A DNA stretch of 64,000 bases from Desulforhopalus sp. GTDB taxonomy: Bacteria > Desulfobacterota > Desulfobulbia > Desulfobulbales > Desulfocapsaceae. Below the pieces are notes generated by a model. That model ran no database searches, was not told where the DNA came from, and saw only the letters and a program-made list of their open reading frames with translations. The stretch covers positions 41,428 to 105,427 of the forward strand of contig JBLHNU010000011.1 of NCBI GenBank assembly GCA_047622095.1, written 5' to 3'. Numbering within the stretch: the first letter of the stretch is position 1; every line of letters starts with the position of its first letter. Made by a program: the position numbers and the translations under genes. Below, piece by piece: positions 51,093-61,445 of the stretch.

Positions 51093-52985
51093 TTAAGAAC
51101 GTTCAGCTGTATATTGCGCCACAGTTGAAAGCAGCTTATCTGGATTAAAAGGCTTGGTCAGATATGCAACCGCCCCCGCCTGTAGTCCCTTTTGCCTGTC
51201 TGTTGCACCAAGTTTAGCTGTTAGCATAACCACTGGGATCTTCTGAAATGTTTCATTTGCTTTCAATTGAGCAAGAATATCATAGCCACTCATGTCTGGA
51301 AGCATTGCATCCAACAAAATCAGATCTGGCGCTCCAGTATCTATCAAGCGTAATGCCTCAGCTCCTGTAGTCGCCTCTTGTAGAGAGTATCCTTTACGCT
51401 TTAAAACCATGGAAATCACCTTACATGTCGTAGGGCTATCTTCAACTATGAGAATTGATAAACCACTTGTAGAAACCGGTTTAGGAGGCATTTTCACTTC
51501 AGGAACCACGCTCGTCTTTGCGGTCCTTTTAACAGCTCGTGATATTTTGACCACAGGCGCCTGTGTCACAGGTACCGACACGCGCTTTTTATCATTGCTG
51601 CCCATAAATCGCTCAAGGACTTTAACGAGCTTTGCAGGGTCAAAAGGCTTGGTTAAGTACTCGTTGGCACCACTGGCCAAACCTTTCATGCGATCAACAC
51701 TTGATCTTTTGCCCGTAAGCATGACCACAGGCACCGTTTTTATCCTGTCGTCTGAACGAATCTTAGAGAGTATCTGATACCCATCCATATCCGGCAACAT
51801 CACATCAAGTAAAATCAAATCTGGGAGGACCTGGGCCAGTTGCGCTAGTCCCTCACTCCCTGTAGTCGCTTCTGCGATATCATAACCCTGACGATTAAGT
51901 ACAAGTGAAATCACTTTACGTGATGTCTTACTGTCTTCTATTACCAGAATTGTCTTATTTTTTTCTGGAACCACAGCCGGTTGCAGAGAAGGTACAGGAG
52001 GCTCCTCTACCTTTTTAATCGTCTTCTCTTTTTGAGGCTCATCCTTGACTTTGTCAACAGTGTTCAAGAATTTCGAGGTTTTCAAAAACAATTGTTCATT
52101 TGGCGAAATTATTAAAGCCTTGTTCAAATAGTCCTGAGCCTGTTCTTTCTGGCCAAGTGAAAATTTCCCAAGACAAAGACAATAGGCGATCCGTGAATTC
52201 CCTGGATGATTATTGAGCTCATCTTCATAACGTTTAAGAGATGCTTCAAGCTCTTTATTTCCACCTGGAATTTCTTTTTTGGTAGAAATAGAAAGGAGAC
52301 ATTTACACGTTTCACACTGCTCCTGACCTGTTGCAACAATTGCCCAACAAAAAATACAACGCTTAACAGTCTGTTGTCCTTGATTTATATGAGGTTCTAT
52401 CTTAGCGAGCTCAGCCTTAACCAAAGGGTCATGGCCTCCCCATTTCCTCATTTCATTTATTGCCTTACCCAGATACCCCACCTGATTCATCAATCTGGAA
52501 TGCCATAACCAGGCAGGGTAATAAAACCTATTAGAACGCAGTAATTCTACAAGTTGAGTTACAGCCTCTTTTTTACGGAACTGTAAAATGAGATGAATTA
52601 CTCCATCTAATAGTGCAGCCTCGTCACCAACAACACCCTGCCCTACTTTATATGGAATTTTACTACAAACAAGAACCATCTGTTCATGGGACACGGTGAC
52701 ATTAGAGATCACAGCTTCTGTCGATGTAACAGATTTAAACTCACCCACCTTCTGGGTGAGCAGAGTAAAAAGTGCGCCATTACCACTTATGTTGCCCTGT
52801 ATTGCCGCGACAACCTCACCACTTCTTACCTGGAGAACGCCACTGTATCGCGCTGTATTAACTTCAACATCGAGATCATTTGAGAGAAGACGAAGGGAGC
52901 TTAAATATTCAAGAATGTCTCTACCTCTCTCCTTGAAATCTTCGTGTGATTCATTCATTGCAAAACCCTTGACCTTATATCCCAA
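51093..52985 (-). CDS. Multidomain PilG/PatA-like response regulator (DUF4388-TPR-Zn ribbon-TPR-REC-REC)
   Basis: N-terminal PatA_N-like segment, CIFC-x10-CETC, TPR-like helices, and two receivers with intact Asp/Thr/Lys (LLDVMLP..LTG..KPF; LLDAMLP..LTA..KPF). Confidence 0.8.
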   Translation of the reverse strand: MGYKVKGFAMNESHEDFKERGRDILEYLSSLRLLSNDLDVEVNTARYSGVLQVRSGEVVAAIQGNISGNGALFTLLTQKVGEFKSVTSTEAVISNVTVSHEQMVLVCSKIPYKVGQGVVGDEAALLDGVIHLILQFRKKEAVTQLVELLRSNRFYYPAWLWHSRLMNQVGYLGKAINEMRKWGGHDPLVKAELAKIEPHINQGQQTVKRCIFCWAIVATGQEQCETCKCLLSISTKKEIPGGNKELEASLKRYEDELNNHPGNSRIAYCLCLGKFSLGQKEQAQDYLNKALIISPNEQLFLKTSKFLNTVDKVKDEPQKEKTIKKVEEPPVPSLQPAVVPEKNKTILVIEDSKTSRKVISLVLNRQGYDIAEATTGSEGLAQLAQVLPDLILLDVMLPDMDGYQILSKIRSDDRIKTVPVVMLTGKRSSVDRMKGLASGANEYLTKPFDPAKLVKVLERFMGSNDKKRVSVPVTQAPVVKISRAVKRTAKTSVVPEVKMPPKPVSTSGLSILIVEDSPTTCKVISMVLKRKGYSLQEATTGAEALRLIDTGAPDLILLDAMLPDMSGYDILAQLKANETFQKIPVVMLTAKLGATDRQKGLQAGAVAYLTKPFNPDKLLSTVAQYTAERS

Positions 52986-53028
52986 ATTGGTGTTCTACTT
53001 TCTGAACCTAACGGGTCGAGACGTGTAC

Positions 53029-54201
53029 TTACGGACAAACCAGATCGTGAGCTGTGAATATTCCGTCCTCACTGATTTTCACGACAACCGCACATTTTTC
53101 TGGATTCCCGCTTTCATTGAAGGTCATTGTTCCCGTTGCGCCTGCAAAACCTTTTAGCTGGGTTAATGAATCCTTTACTGCTTCGCGATCACTCTGCAAA
53201 TTGCCACTCAAGCCACCCGTGTCTTTGATTGCCTGAATCATTACCCGTACGGCATCCCAGGTAAGAGCTGCCGGCTCATCAGGATATTCACCATACGCCT
53301 TTCTATACGCTTCAACAAAGGTTGCATTGATACCCTTGGCATTTCCAGGCGCATAATTTCCGGTAAAAAAGAGCCCAGCACAATCGGCACCACACTCACC
53401 GACCAGATCACCTCCAGCCCATGAATTACTGCCTACAATCGGCAACGTACTCCCCATCTTTTTGGCTTGCTTTACGATAAGAGGAACTTCGTTAAAGTGT
53501 TGGGGAGTAAAAATAAACTGAGCACCTGCTTTGAATATACTCTGTAGCTGCTTTGAAAAATCGGTAGCCCCTGTCCTGAAGTGTTCATACGCAACGACGG
53601 ACCCTGCACCGTTCTGCGCTTCAAAGGCTTCTTTGAAAGTGCTTGCCATTCCTCTGGAATATGCGTTCAATTCATCATAAAGAACAGCAGCTTTCGTTGC
53701 ATTAAATTCTGATGCAGCAAACTTGGTGATTACCGGCCCTTGAATCGTAAAAACAAAGCAACTACGAAAAATATAAGGTCCTTTTTGGGTCGTCTTGGGA
53801 GATGTTGACCATGGAGTGATCATGGGCGTTGAAAATGCCTGTGCCATCTGAGCGACAGGGATCGCCTGACGACTACTCAGCGGCCCCACTATTCCAAGGA
53901 CCTTCTCATTACTCACCTGACGTACGGTAAGTGATGAGGCGGTAGCTGCTGTGGATTTGTTATCACCATAAATAAATTCAACAGTGTACTTTTTTCCACC
54001 AACAGTGATACCACCAGCAGCATCCAGATCTTTTTTCACAAGTTCTGCTGCATTTTTTGAATGATTACCTACAAGCTCAAACATTCCACTAAATGGAAGA
54101 TTAAAGCCTATTCGAATAACACCATCATTTGCAAAAATTAGGGGGCTCTCCAGAACCAAGAGAACAAGGGTGAGCAAAATTATCGCAATCGTTTTTTTCA
54201 T
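53029..54201 (-). CDS. LivJ/LivK-like periplasmic binding protein (orphan)
   Basis: Signal peptide, IRIGFNLPFSG, GGITVGG, IVGPLSS, ITPWST, IFRSC, AAVLY, TDFSKQL, WDAV and GATGTMTFN. Start set at MKKT (ORF track 54261). Confidence 0.9.
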   Translation of the reverse strand: MKKTIAIILLTLVLLVLESPLIFANDGVIRIGFNLPFSGMFELVGNHSKNAAELVKKDLDAAGGITVGGKKYTVEFIYGDNKSTAATASSLTVRQVSNEKVLGIVGPLSSRQAIPVAQMAQAFSTPMITPWSTSPKTTQKGPYIFRSCFVFTIQGPVITKFAASEFNATKAAVLYDELNAYSRGMASTFKEAFEAQNGAGSVVAYEHFRTGATDFSKQLQSIFKAGAQFIFTPQHFNEVPLIVKQAKKMGSTLPIVGSNSWAGGDLVGECGADCAGLFFTGNYAPGNAKGINATFVEAYRKAYGEYPDEPAALTWDAVRVMIQAIKDTGGLSGNLQSDREAVKDSLTQLKGFAGATGTMTFNESGNPEKCAVVVKISEDGIFTAHDLVCP

Positions 54202-54381
54202 TCGTATCTCCACTCTATACAAAGAGGACTTCTCAAAAAACATCAATCTCAATGGATGCACTTTAGTGCCTAACTCATTTCAACCTGTCGCATACAAGAA
54301 AATGGAGAGAGCGCCAAAGGCTTACAATTTAAATGCAGAGCCAAAGCACCCGTCCTTTTCATTGTGGGTAGACCTGTATCT

Positions 54382-56544
54382 TTATGCCGCTTCATCCGTA
54401 CCAATTTTAAATACGTCTACAGCCGAACGCAGATCTCGCGCAGTCTTACTGAGGATATTCATTGAAGCCGCTGTATCCTGAGTCGACAGTGAAGATTCCC
54501 TGCTAACTTCACCAACCTCCTCCATGGTCTTGGAGATGGTTTCTGACATTTTTACTTGGTTGTCTGTAGCACCAGTGATCGCCTCAATCAGCTCTGCAAG
54601 CTGCCTGGAAACTTGTTCAATTTCCTGCAACTTACCATGGGCACCATCAGCCAGTTGTGAGCCCGCCACAACCTTACTAATACTTGTATCAATTCGTGAG
54701 GTGAGATCTTTGATCTCAGCCTGAATACTTTTGACAAGAACCTCAATTTGCTTCGTTGAGTTACTCGAACTATCTGCAAGACGCTGCACCTCATCGGCCA
54801 CCACCGCAAAACCGTGACCAGCATCCCCCGCCATAGCTGCCTGAATAGATGCGTTCAGTGCCAGGATCGATGTTCTGTCAGCGATATCATCAATAATCTG
54901 AACGATATTTCCAATTTCAAGAGAACTTTCTCCAAGACGCTTAACGGAACGAGCAGTCTCATTAATCTCTTCACGTATCTCAGACATCGCCTTATTGGTT
55001 TCCTGGACAGCCTCCGCACCTTCTTGGGCGTTAATTCTGGACTGCTTGGAAACAGTAGCTGACTGCTGGGCATTTTCCGCAACAATTTTAATGGAACCCA
55101 CCATCTCATCGATAGCTTCTACCGCTAAAGTAACTCCCTTAACCTGATCGATATTCTTTTCAGCAAGGTCCATAGTTTGACGGGAAACTTCTTCTGAAGT
55201 TACACCAACCGCCTTAGTTGCTACTTTAACTTTTGAAATAATATCAGTAAATTGATCCGCCATGGCATTAAAGGAGTCAGCAATAGCACCGGTTACATCC
55301 TCTGTTACCTCTGCACGCGCGGTAAAATCACCATCACTCAGCGAACTGATTTCTTCAAGAAGCTTCATGATCGATTCCTGGATGGCATTTCGTTCATCCT
55401 GGCTCTGAATAAGAATTGTTATATTATCGAGCATACTGTTCAGAGTAACCGCCATCACACCAAGTTCATCATCACTTACCACCTCAGTTCTTGCCTGATA
55501 ATTCTCTTGCTCCATCTCCCCAAGCAGCCCCATAATGTGATCAACTTGATTTGTTAGACCTCGGGAAAGTCGTACAGCTATGAAAATCGCAAAAAGAACA
55601 GCTATAATACCAACACCCAGAACAATTTTAAGAACCATTGCTGAGGTGTCTTCCATAGCCTTAGTAGCGGCGGTCTCATTTTTAACCGCGCCAGCTAGAA
55701 GAGAACGAATAGCAGGTTCCGCATTCGCTGCAGCACTCTGATACGCCTGAATACGTTGAACAATTTCCCCATCTGTTTTCTTTACATCTCCATACCACTT
55801 CGTAAATTCACCAAGGGTATCCTCAAGGGCTTTTTTATCTTTGGCTGGAATAGCTGGCCATTTCGCAAAGGTAACGAGTTTATCTTGTTCAGCTAGGACC
55901 TTGCTCGCATTCTCAGGGGACTGAACCATCAAATAATCTTGCAGAGCGGACTTAAGTAGAAAAAATTGATTCTTCACTTTCGTTGATGGAGTTACTTTTG
56001 TCGCTTCACCAAGAGCCACCATACTTGCATCAAGATTGACCAGCTCTCCAAATTCTTTATCAACCCGAAGCTCCAAAATATCGACAGTTCCTACAAAGGC
56101 ACTCAGGTATTCATTAATAGAATCCGTAGCAGATTGAGCCGCTTCTTTTTCCTCTGGAGACACAGCCAGGTTCTGAATTTCAGACAAGGTTTGATACGTT
56201 TGTCCACCGCCGGTAATAAATGGTCCAAGATACTTCTCTTTGGCCTCACGAATACCTATCTGCTCATGCTGCAGGAGAAAATCTTTTTCATAGCCCTGCA
56301 TAACTCGCAATGAATTTTCAGTTTCAAGGCTGAGACGCGCAATCTTACTATGAACCTGAACCAGCTCGTTGATAGTTCGTCTTGCATACGTTTGTGAAAT
56401 CAATGTAATTGCAATCACAACAAGTGTAAGTGCGATAATGATCATAAACGACCAGAGCAGCTTTCCTTGAATTTTCCGACGTCCGACAGATTTAATTATA
56501 TCGGTATTTTCGTCTTCAATTTCATTAGTTCTTGCTTCCATCAC
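54382..56544 (-). CDS. pilJ: Methyl-accepting chemotaxis protein, PilJ-like, with HBM/double-4HB-like sensor
   Basis: TM1, about 260-aa helical periplasmic domain (EKDFLL motif), TM2, two HAMPs, [16 protein letters not shown] and [30 protein letters not shown] (PilJ-type tip). Confidence 0.88.
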   Translation of the reverse strand: MMEARTNEIEDENTDIIKSVGRRKIQGKLLWSFMIIIALTLVVIAITLISQTYARRTINELVQVHSKIARLSLETENSLRVMQGYEKDFLLQHEQIGIREAKEKYLGPFITGGGQTYQTLSEIQNLAVSPEEKEAAQSATDSINEYLSAFVGTVDILELRVDKEFGELVNLDASMVALGEATKVTPSTKVKNQFFLLKSALQDYLMVQSPENASKVLAEQDKLVTFAKWPAIPAKDKKALEDTLGEFTKWYGDVKKTDGEIVQRIQAYQSAAANAEPAIRSLLAGAVKNETAATKAMEDTSAMVLKIVLGVGIIAVLFAIFIAVRLSRGLTNQVDHIMGLLGEMEQENYQARTEVVSDDELGVMAVTLNSMLDNITILIQSQDERNAIQESIMKLLEEISSLSDGDFTARAEVTEDVTGAIADSFNAMADQFTDIISKVKVATKAVGVTSEEVSRQTMDLAEKNIDQVKGVTLAVEAIDEMVGSIKIVAENAQQSATVSKQSRINAQEGAEAVQETNKAMSEIREEINETARSVKRLGESSLEIGNIVQIIDDIADRTSILALNASIQAAMAGDAGHGFAVVADEVQRLADSSSNSTKQIEVLVKSIQAEIKDLTSRIDTSISKVVAGSQLADGAHGKLQEIEQVSRQLAELIEAITGATDNQVKMSETISKTMEEVGEVSRESSLSTQDTAASMNILSKTARDLRSAVDVFKIGTDEAA

Positions 56545-56729
56545 GTCTCCATAATTTCTTTACCAGTAGTAGTATCCCCAAGACAAAATAAGACTGTGGA
56601 ACACCACATCGACAGCTAACACAATTTGTGTGTCAGGCCCGTTTTCATTACTATCAAGAATACATTAATCCGTCATTGAGTTGCAAATTTTTTAATTTAA
56701 ATAGATTGGTTCTTTACTGACCACTGACT

Positions 56730-56768
56730 AAAAAAATAGCCCGCCCCTTCAAACAGAAGGGCACGGGC
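56730..56768 (-). terminator. Rho-independent terminator after the transketolase-like gene
   Basis: Minus strand GCCCGTGCCCTTC-tgttt-GAAGGGGCGGGC followed by a T-tract. Separates the chemosensory cluster from upstream genes. Confidence 0.75.
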
Positions 56769-56790
56769 CGGAATGCAAAAATTTTAAATA

Positions 56791-58680
56791 CTACTTTTTC
56801 ATAGATATAATTTTCTTCTTGATGTCGTCAACGCCAAGCCCCTGATGCGGCAATTGCTCAGCAATTCCACCATGGCCAATCTTACTGGTGCCCAATAGTG
56901 AGTACTGAGGAGCAAAACCTCGCTCCAGCAACCAGGTTCCATAACGTGAACCCAGGCCAGTTTTGCTATTTTGGCTCTCAACGATGAGAACAAATGGGCT
57001 TTTACCAACCTTTGCGACCATATCCTCATCTATGACATTGAGGGTCGGCTTGTTGATTAGGCCAACACTAAGGCCCTCACTTTTCAACTGTTCTATTGCA
57101 TCAAGACATCTGTAGGTCATTTCACCGTAGGAAACAACGTAGCCATCGCTACCCTCACGGACCACTTCGTCTTTACCCGGTGTGAATTCATAGTCTTCAC
57201 CATACAACGTACTACCATCTTCTTTTAACAGGCAAGGTGTTGCTGAACGGGTCGAGAAGAGAAATCGTAACCCGGCATCAGTGAATATCTTTTTCAGCAT
57301 CGCCCGCAGCTGAAGAACATCAGCAGGAAAGTAGAGTCTGGTTAAATCTCCTTCAGCGATAGCATTGTCTGCAAAGAAGTTATTAATACCAAAATGACAG
57401 GTATTATCCGCCATATCATCAATGCCGGAATGGGAGAAATGTGCGAGTACATTCGCATCATTGAGTCGCGCCATAGTAATCTCTGAGACAACCATCTCAA
57501 GAAAAGCCGCAAAGGTTCCAAAAATCCCCTGGCGACCTGCCTCTGAACCAAAACCAGCGGCAACTGAATAGTTATTACGCTCCATAATTCCACCCGCAAC
57601 ATACAACTCTGGGTGATTTTTACGGATATGGTGCATTCCACAAGAACCCTCAAGATCAGAGTCAACTACGAGTACCTTATCTTTAGCGTTCTCCGTTGCA
57701 TCAAGTAATTCACAGACCACTTTACCGAAGTCGTCACGAACTTTGCCCATCTCCGGAGTACTGCCAAGATAGCTTGTCTTCGCCTTATCTACGCTGAAAT
57801 TAAGTAGAAGATCAGCAGCCTTAGTAAGCCCCTTAGCTTTCAGATAATCCACAGCAAGATCTACAGCAATGACATCATGCCCCTTTGGAAGCCCTTCAAT
57901 ACCGGCAACACCTACTGCCATAAGACGCTTATTAACAAGGGCCACAGGACCATCAACTGCCATAGCCTGCTGGATCCTCGCAAAAAGAGCATCAAGATCT
58001 TCACCGTCTCCTGAACTTGCAACAAGACCATGACCCTGTAGGGTCTTTTCAACATTGTAGCCTTTTAAATACTCGCTCGGGTGTCCTGCAATGGTGACAT
58101 CATTATCGTCGATAAAAAGCTTAACATTGAGGTTACGGGCAACAGCATAACGAGCAGCTTCTGCATTGTCGCCTTCCATCTGCGAACCATCGCTTCCGAA
58201 CATAACAACAGTTTTATTTCTATCCGCTTCAGCGACACCGTTCACATAGCTCCATAAATGCCCAAGCCTTCCTGAGGAAAAGAACACTCCGTTTTTATCA
58301 TCACGCTCAGGGTGGCCATAGTATCCCTTGTCATATTCGCGATAATGGAGCAGGGTCTCTGCCTTTTGGTATCCGTTAAGGACAGCCATCATATACTGGA
58401 TAGCAACTCTGTGACCAGCTTCATCAAAATATACTGGATGTACACTATCGGAGCCCTTCATAAAGCCGTCAACAATGAGTAGTTCAGGTACTATATCAAA
58501 AGCGCCACCTGTATGACCACCGAGCCCTTTGACATTGGCAAGAGCTGTAAAGAAAACAATGCTATCGCGAACTATTTCGATATTTTTCTTGAGTGTGGTG
58601 CGCTGCTCTCCCGTCAGCTCAGTTTGAGCTAGGTCGAGTTTTAGGGATGTGTATTTGGTCAAATCTATTGGGAATTCCAT
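56791..58680 (-). CDS. Atypical single-chain transketolase-like TPP enzyme
   Basis: GGHTGG, DEAGH, GHPE, SSGRLGH, TPP motif GSDGSQMEG..N, DSDLEGS, GIMERNN, HFSHSG and C-terminal INKPTL..VE. Confidence 0.8.
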   Translation of the reverse strand: MEFPIDLTKYTSLKLDLAQTELTGEQRTTLKKNIEIVRDSIVFFTALANVKGLGGHTGGAFDIVPELLIVDGFMKGSDSVHPVYFDEAGHRVAIQYMMAVLNGYQKAETLLHYREYDKGYYGHPERDDKNGVFFSSGRLGHLWSYVNGVAEADRNKTVVMFGSDGSQMEGDNAEAARYAVARNLNVKLFIDDNDVTIAGHPSEYLKGYNVEKTLQGHGLVASSGDGEDLDALFARIQQAMAVDGPVALVNKRLMAVGVAGIEGLPKGHDVIAVDLAVDYLKAKGLTKAADLLLNFSVDKAKTSYLGSTPEMGKVRDDFGKVVCELLDATENAKDKVLVVDSDLEGSCGMHHIRKNHPELYVAGGIMERNNYSVAAGFGSEAGRQGIFGTFAAFLEMVVSEITMARLNDANVLAHFSHSGIDDMADNTCHFGINNFFADNAIAEGDLTRLYFPADVLQLRAMLKKIFTDAGLRFLFSTRSATPCLLKEDGSTLYGEDYEFTPGKDEVVREGSDGYVVSYGEMTYRCLDAIEQLKSEGLSVGLINKPTLNVIDEDMVAKVGKSPFVLIVESQNSKTGLGSRYGTWLLERGFAPQYSLLGTSKIGHGGIAEQLPHQGLGVDDIKKKIISMKK

Positions 58681-58770
58681 TTTTACCTCCAGGTAAAACG
58701 TATATTAAAATAACAATTATAATCTTAAAACTATACCAAGCAGTCCGAAAAATATTTTACCTCTACAAAG

Positions 58771-60087
58771 CTACTCTTTTTCTCTTGGTAAAATAATATT
58801 TAGAACAATGCCCAAAATCCCGGCAAGTCCTATTTTTTCTATAGCAAATGCCCCCGCTGTGAATTTCATACCACCAATACCGCAGACCAGGATTACAGCT
58901 ACTATGATAAGATTTCGTGGTGTCGTTAGGTCTTCTCCGGATTTTGTTAGAGTATTAATACCTACAACAGTGATCATACCAAAAAGCAGGATCATAATCC
59001 CACCCATAACTGGGGTAGGTATTGTTGCCAAAACGGCCCCTATCTTTCCGACAAAAGAGAGCATAATTGCAGTAAGTGCAGCCCAGGTCATAATTGCAGG
59101 GTTGTATGCTTTCGTCAGGGCAACAGCACCACTCACTTCAGAATATGTTGTGTTTGGAGGACCACCAAGCATTGAGGCAATGGCTGTTGCAATACCATCA
59201 CCCAGCATTGTGTTTTCAATACCAGGATCCTTCACATAATCTTTACCAGTGATAGAACCTACCGCAAGTACATCTCCAAAATGCTCAATAGCAGGGGCAA
59301 TCGCAACAGGAACAATAAATAAGACAGCCTCCCATTTCCACTCAGGCATTACAAAGGCGGGCATAGCAAACCATATTTTATCTGCAATAGGAGCAAATGA
59401 AATAAGTGCAGGTCCCGTCCAGTTCGTTAGTGCACCAGGATCAAAACTTGCCTGCATTGAAGCACTCACTCCTGTAACATCAAGACCAAGAGATGTAATA
59501 TAACCCGCAATAATACCGCAAAGAATTGGGATAAGTTTCATCCAGCCTTTGCCAATCAGTGCAACAAGAGCAGTCGTCACAAGAGAAACACCCGCGATGA
59601 TCATCGCAGTTGGCTCAGGAACAAGCCAGGCGGAACCATCTCCAGTACGCCCCATGGCCATATGCACAGCCACGGGGGCCAAAACAAGACCTATGACCAT
59701 AATGACCGGGCCGGTTACTACCGGAGGTAGATATTTATGTAGAATTCCCGCTCCAAAAATACGCACTACAAAACTTAAAATTATATAAAGAAGACCAGCC
59801 GCTGCAAGACCACACAAGGTCCCGGGAATTCCCCAGGTTTGAACTCCGTAGATAATTGGTGCTATAAAAGCGAAGGAAGACGCGAGAAAGACAGGAACCT
59901 TCCCCTTGGTGATCACTTGAAATACCAGCGTTCCAATACCAGCTGTAAAAAGAGCTACATTGGGATCAAGACCCGTTAAGATCGGCACCAGAACCAGCGC
60001 ACCAAATGCAACAAACAGCATCTGCGCACCGAGTAAACAGTCCCCAAAACGAAAATTATAATCAGAATCTTTTAAAACCTCAGACAT
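58771..60087 (-). CDS. uraA: Uracil permease (NCS2 family)
   Basis: QMLFVAFGALVLVP, VFLASSFAF, EHFGD, LGDG, PNTTYSEV and GGIMILLFG. Confidence 0.93.
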   Translation of the reverse strand: MSEVLKDSDYNFRFGDCLLGAQMLFVAFGALVLVPILTGLDPNVALFTAGIGTLVFQVITKGKVPVFLASSFAFIAPIIYGVQTWGIPGTLCGLAAAGLLYIILSFVVRIFGAGILHKYLPPVVTGPVIMVIGLVLAPVAVHMAMGRTGDGSAWLVPEPTAMIIAGVSLVTTALVALIGKGWMKLIPILCGIIAGYITSLGLDVTGVSASMQASFDPGALTNWTGPALISFAPIADKIWFAMPAFVMPEWKWEAVLFIVPVAIAPAIEHFGDVLAVGSITGKDYVKDPGIENTMLGDGIATAIASMLGGPPNTTYSEVSGAVALTKAYNPAIMTWAALTAIMLSFVGKIGAVLATIPTPVMGGIMILLFGMITVVGINTLTKSGEDLTTPRNLIIVAVILVCGIGGMKFTAGAFAIEKIGLAGILGIVLNIILPREKE

Positions 60088-60300
60088 GATACTGCACTCC
60101 TGTACGCAACAATTTAGTTTAGGAATTGTCCATCAAACTCATTTCCGTCCTTGATATTCCAGTTTTACTGAAGTGAACCAAGATCAACACGACACCTGTT
60201 CAAAAAATGAAAAACAAAGGTCAACTTTGAATCAGTTCCTGAAATACTAAAGAGTTACAAAATGATTGTTAAATATTTAAAGTAAATATGCATAAAAAAA

Positions 60301-60327
60301 GAGCCATTACAGTAACTGTAATGGCTC
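60301..60327 (-). terminator. Rho-independent terminator after upp
   Basis: Perfect 12-bp stem GAGCCATTACAG / CTGTAATGGCTC with a 3-nt loop, followed by T7 on the minus strand. Confidence 0.88.
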
Positions 60328-60333
60328 TTAGCC

Positions 60334-60960
60334 TTACTTTGTGCCAAAGATCTTATCTCCGGCATCCCCAAGACCCGGCAAGATATAACCGACCTCATTG
60401 AGCCGTTCATCCACCGAAGCCACGTATATTTCTACGTCCGGATGGGCATCGGTAATCACCTTTAACCCTTCTGGAGCCGCCACAAGAAAAAGCCCTTTAA
60501 TCTTCTTACAGCCAGCTTTTTTGAGCGTTTCAATTGTAGCCATCAAAGTTCCACCTGTTGCAAGCATTGGATCAAGAATCAGCGCAACTCGTTCCTCAAT
60601 TCCACCGGCAAGTTTCACATAGTACTCAACAGGCTGCAAAGTTTCTTCGTTACGATAGTAGCCAACAACGCTTACCTTGGCCGATGGGATCAGATCAATC
60701 ACACCGTCCATCATGCCAAGGCCTGCTCGAAGAATCGGTACTATTGTTATTTTCTTTCCTTTAAGCGTATCAACTTCAACAGGACCCGCCCAGCCTTGAA
60801 TAGTTTTTTTCTCTGTGGGGAGATCTTTTGAAGCCTCATAAGTCAGGAGCCTGGCAACTTCAGACGAAAGGTCTCTGAAGTCTTTGGTTGATATATCGTG
60901 CTGTCGCATTAAGCCAAGTTTGTGTTTTATGAGCGGATGATCCGCTATATGTACGGCCAT
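60334..60960 (-). CDS. upp: Uracil phosphoribosyltransferase
   Basis: [35 protein letters not shown] and [17 protein letters not shown]. Confidence 0.98.
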   Translation of the reverse strand: MAVHIADHPLIKHKLGLMRQHDISTKDFRDLSSEVARLLTYEASKDLPTEKKTIQGWAGPVEVDTLKGKKITIVPILRAGLGMMDGVIDLIPSAKVSVVGYYRNEETLQPVEYYVKLAGGIEERVALILDPMLATGGTLMATIETLKKAGCKKIKGLFLVAAPEGLKVITDAHPDVEIYVASVDERLNEVGYILPGLGDAGDKIFGTK

Positions 60961-61199
60961 ATTATTCTCCCAGGGAAGATTAAGATTATAGTATTGCAGA
61001 TGATTTTCAATTATTCAAGAAGGGTTCCGCTACATCCAAGTGGACTCCCTGCGAATCGGCGTCGATATTCCAGTTCTTACCTTAGACTTATTCACAGTCT
61101 CCTTTTAAAAAAAACTGGGGAAAAAGCAAGGTATTTTCCTCCAAGCCCCCTTAGTTGTGTAATTAGATACTCAACTGGGTGTTGGTACACAACACATCC

Positions 61200-61445
61200 A
61201 TTACGCACTTAAAGCTTGGGTAAGACGTCGATTATTAAATAAATCAGATCATATTTCTCAGTTTTTCCTATCACCCTAAACCCATACAAGATATTATTAA
61301 ATAATCTACATATTCATAACCTTCAACCCAAAGGCCTTATTATGCGAACATCGTTTATTACGGTTCTTCCGACTCAAGCGTACTTTTGATATTGGGCCTG
61401 TATTTACGAAGGTTCTACGGAGAAGGCATTCTGTAAATTGCCTCC
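61200..61445 (-). pseudogene. Possible degraded GNAT acetyltransferase
   Basis: Fragments across frames, IQAQYQKYA*VGRTVINDV / GLWVEGYEY / LYGFRVIGKTEKYDLIYL, resemble the GNAT acetyl-CoA loop and C-terminal motif. Several stops and frameshifts. Confidence 0.3.

Noticed and set aside
60088-60300. PyrR-binding attenuator upstream of uraA
   Set aside because: No ARUCCNGNGAGGYU motif and no terminator/antiterminator pair directly before the start.
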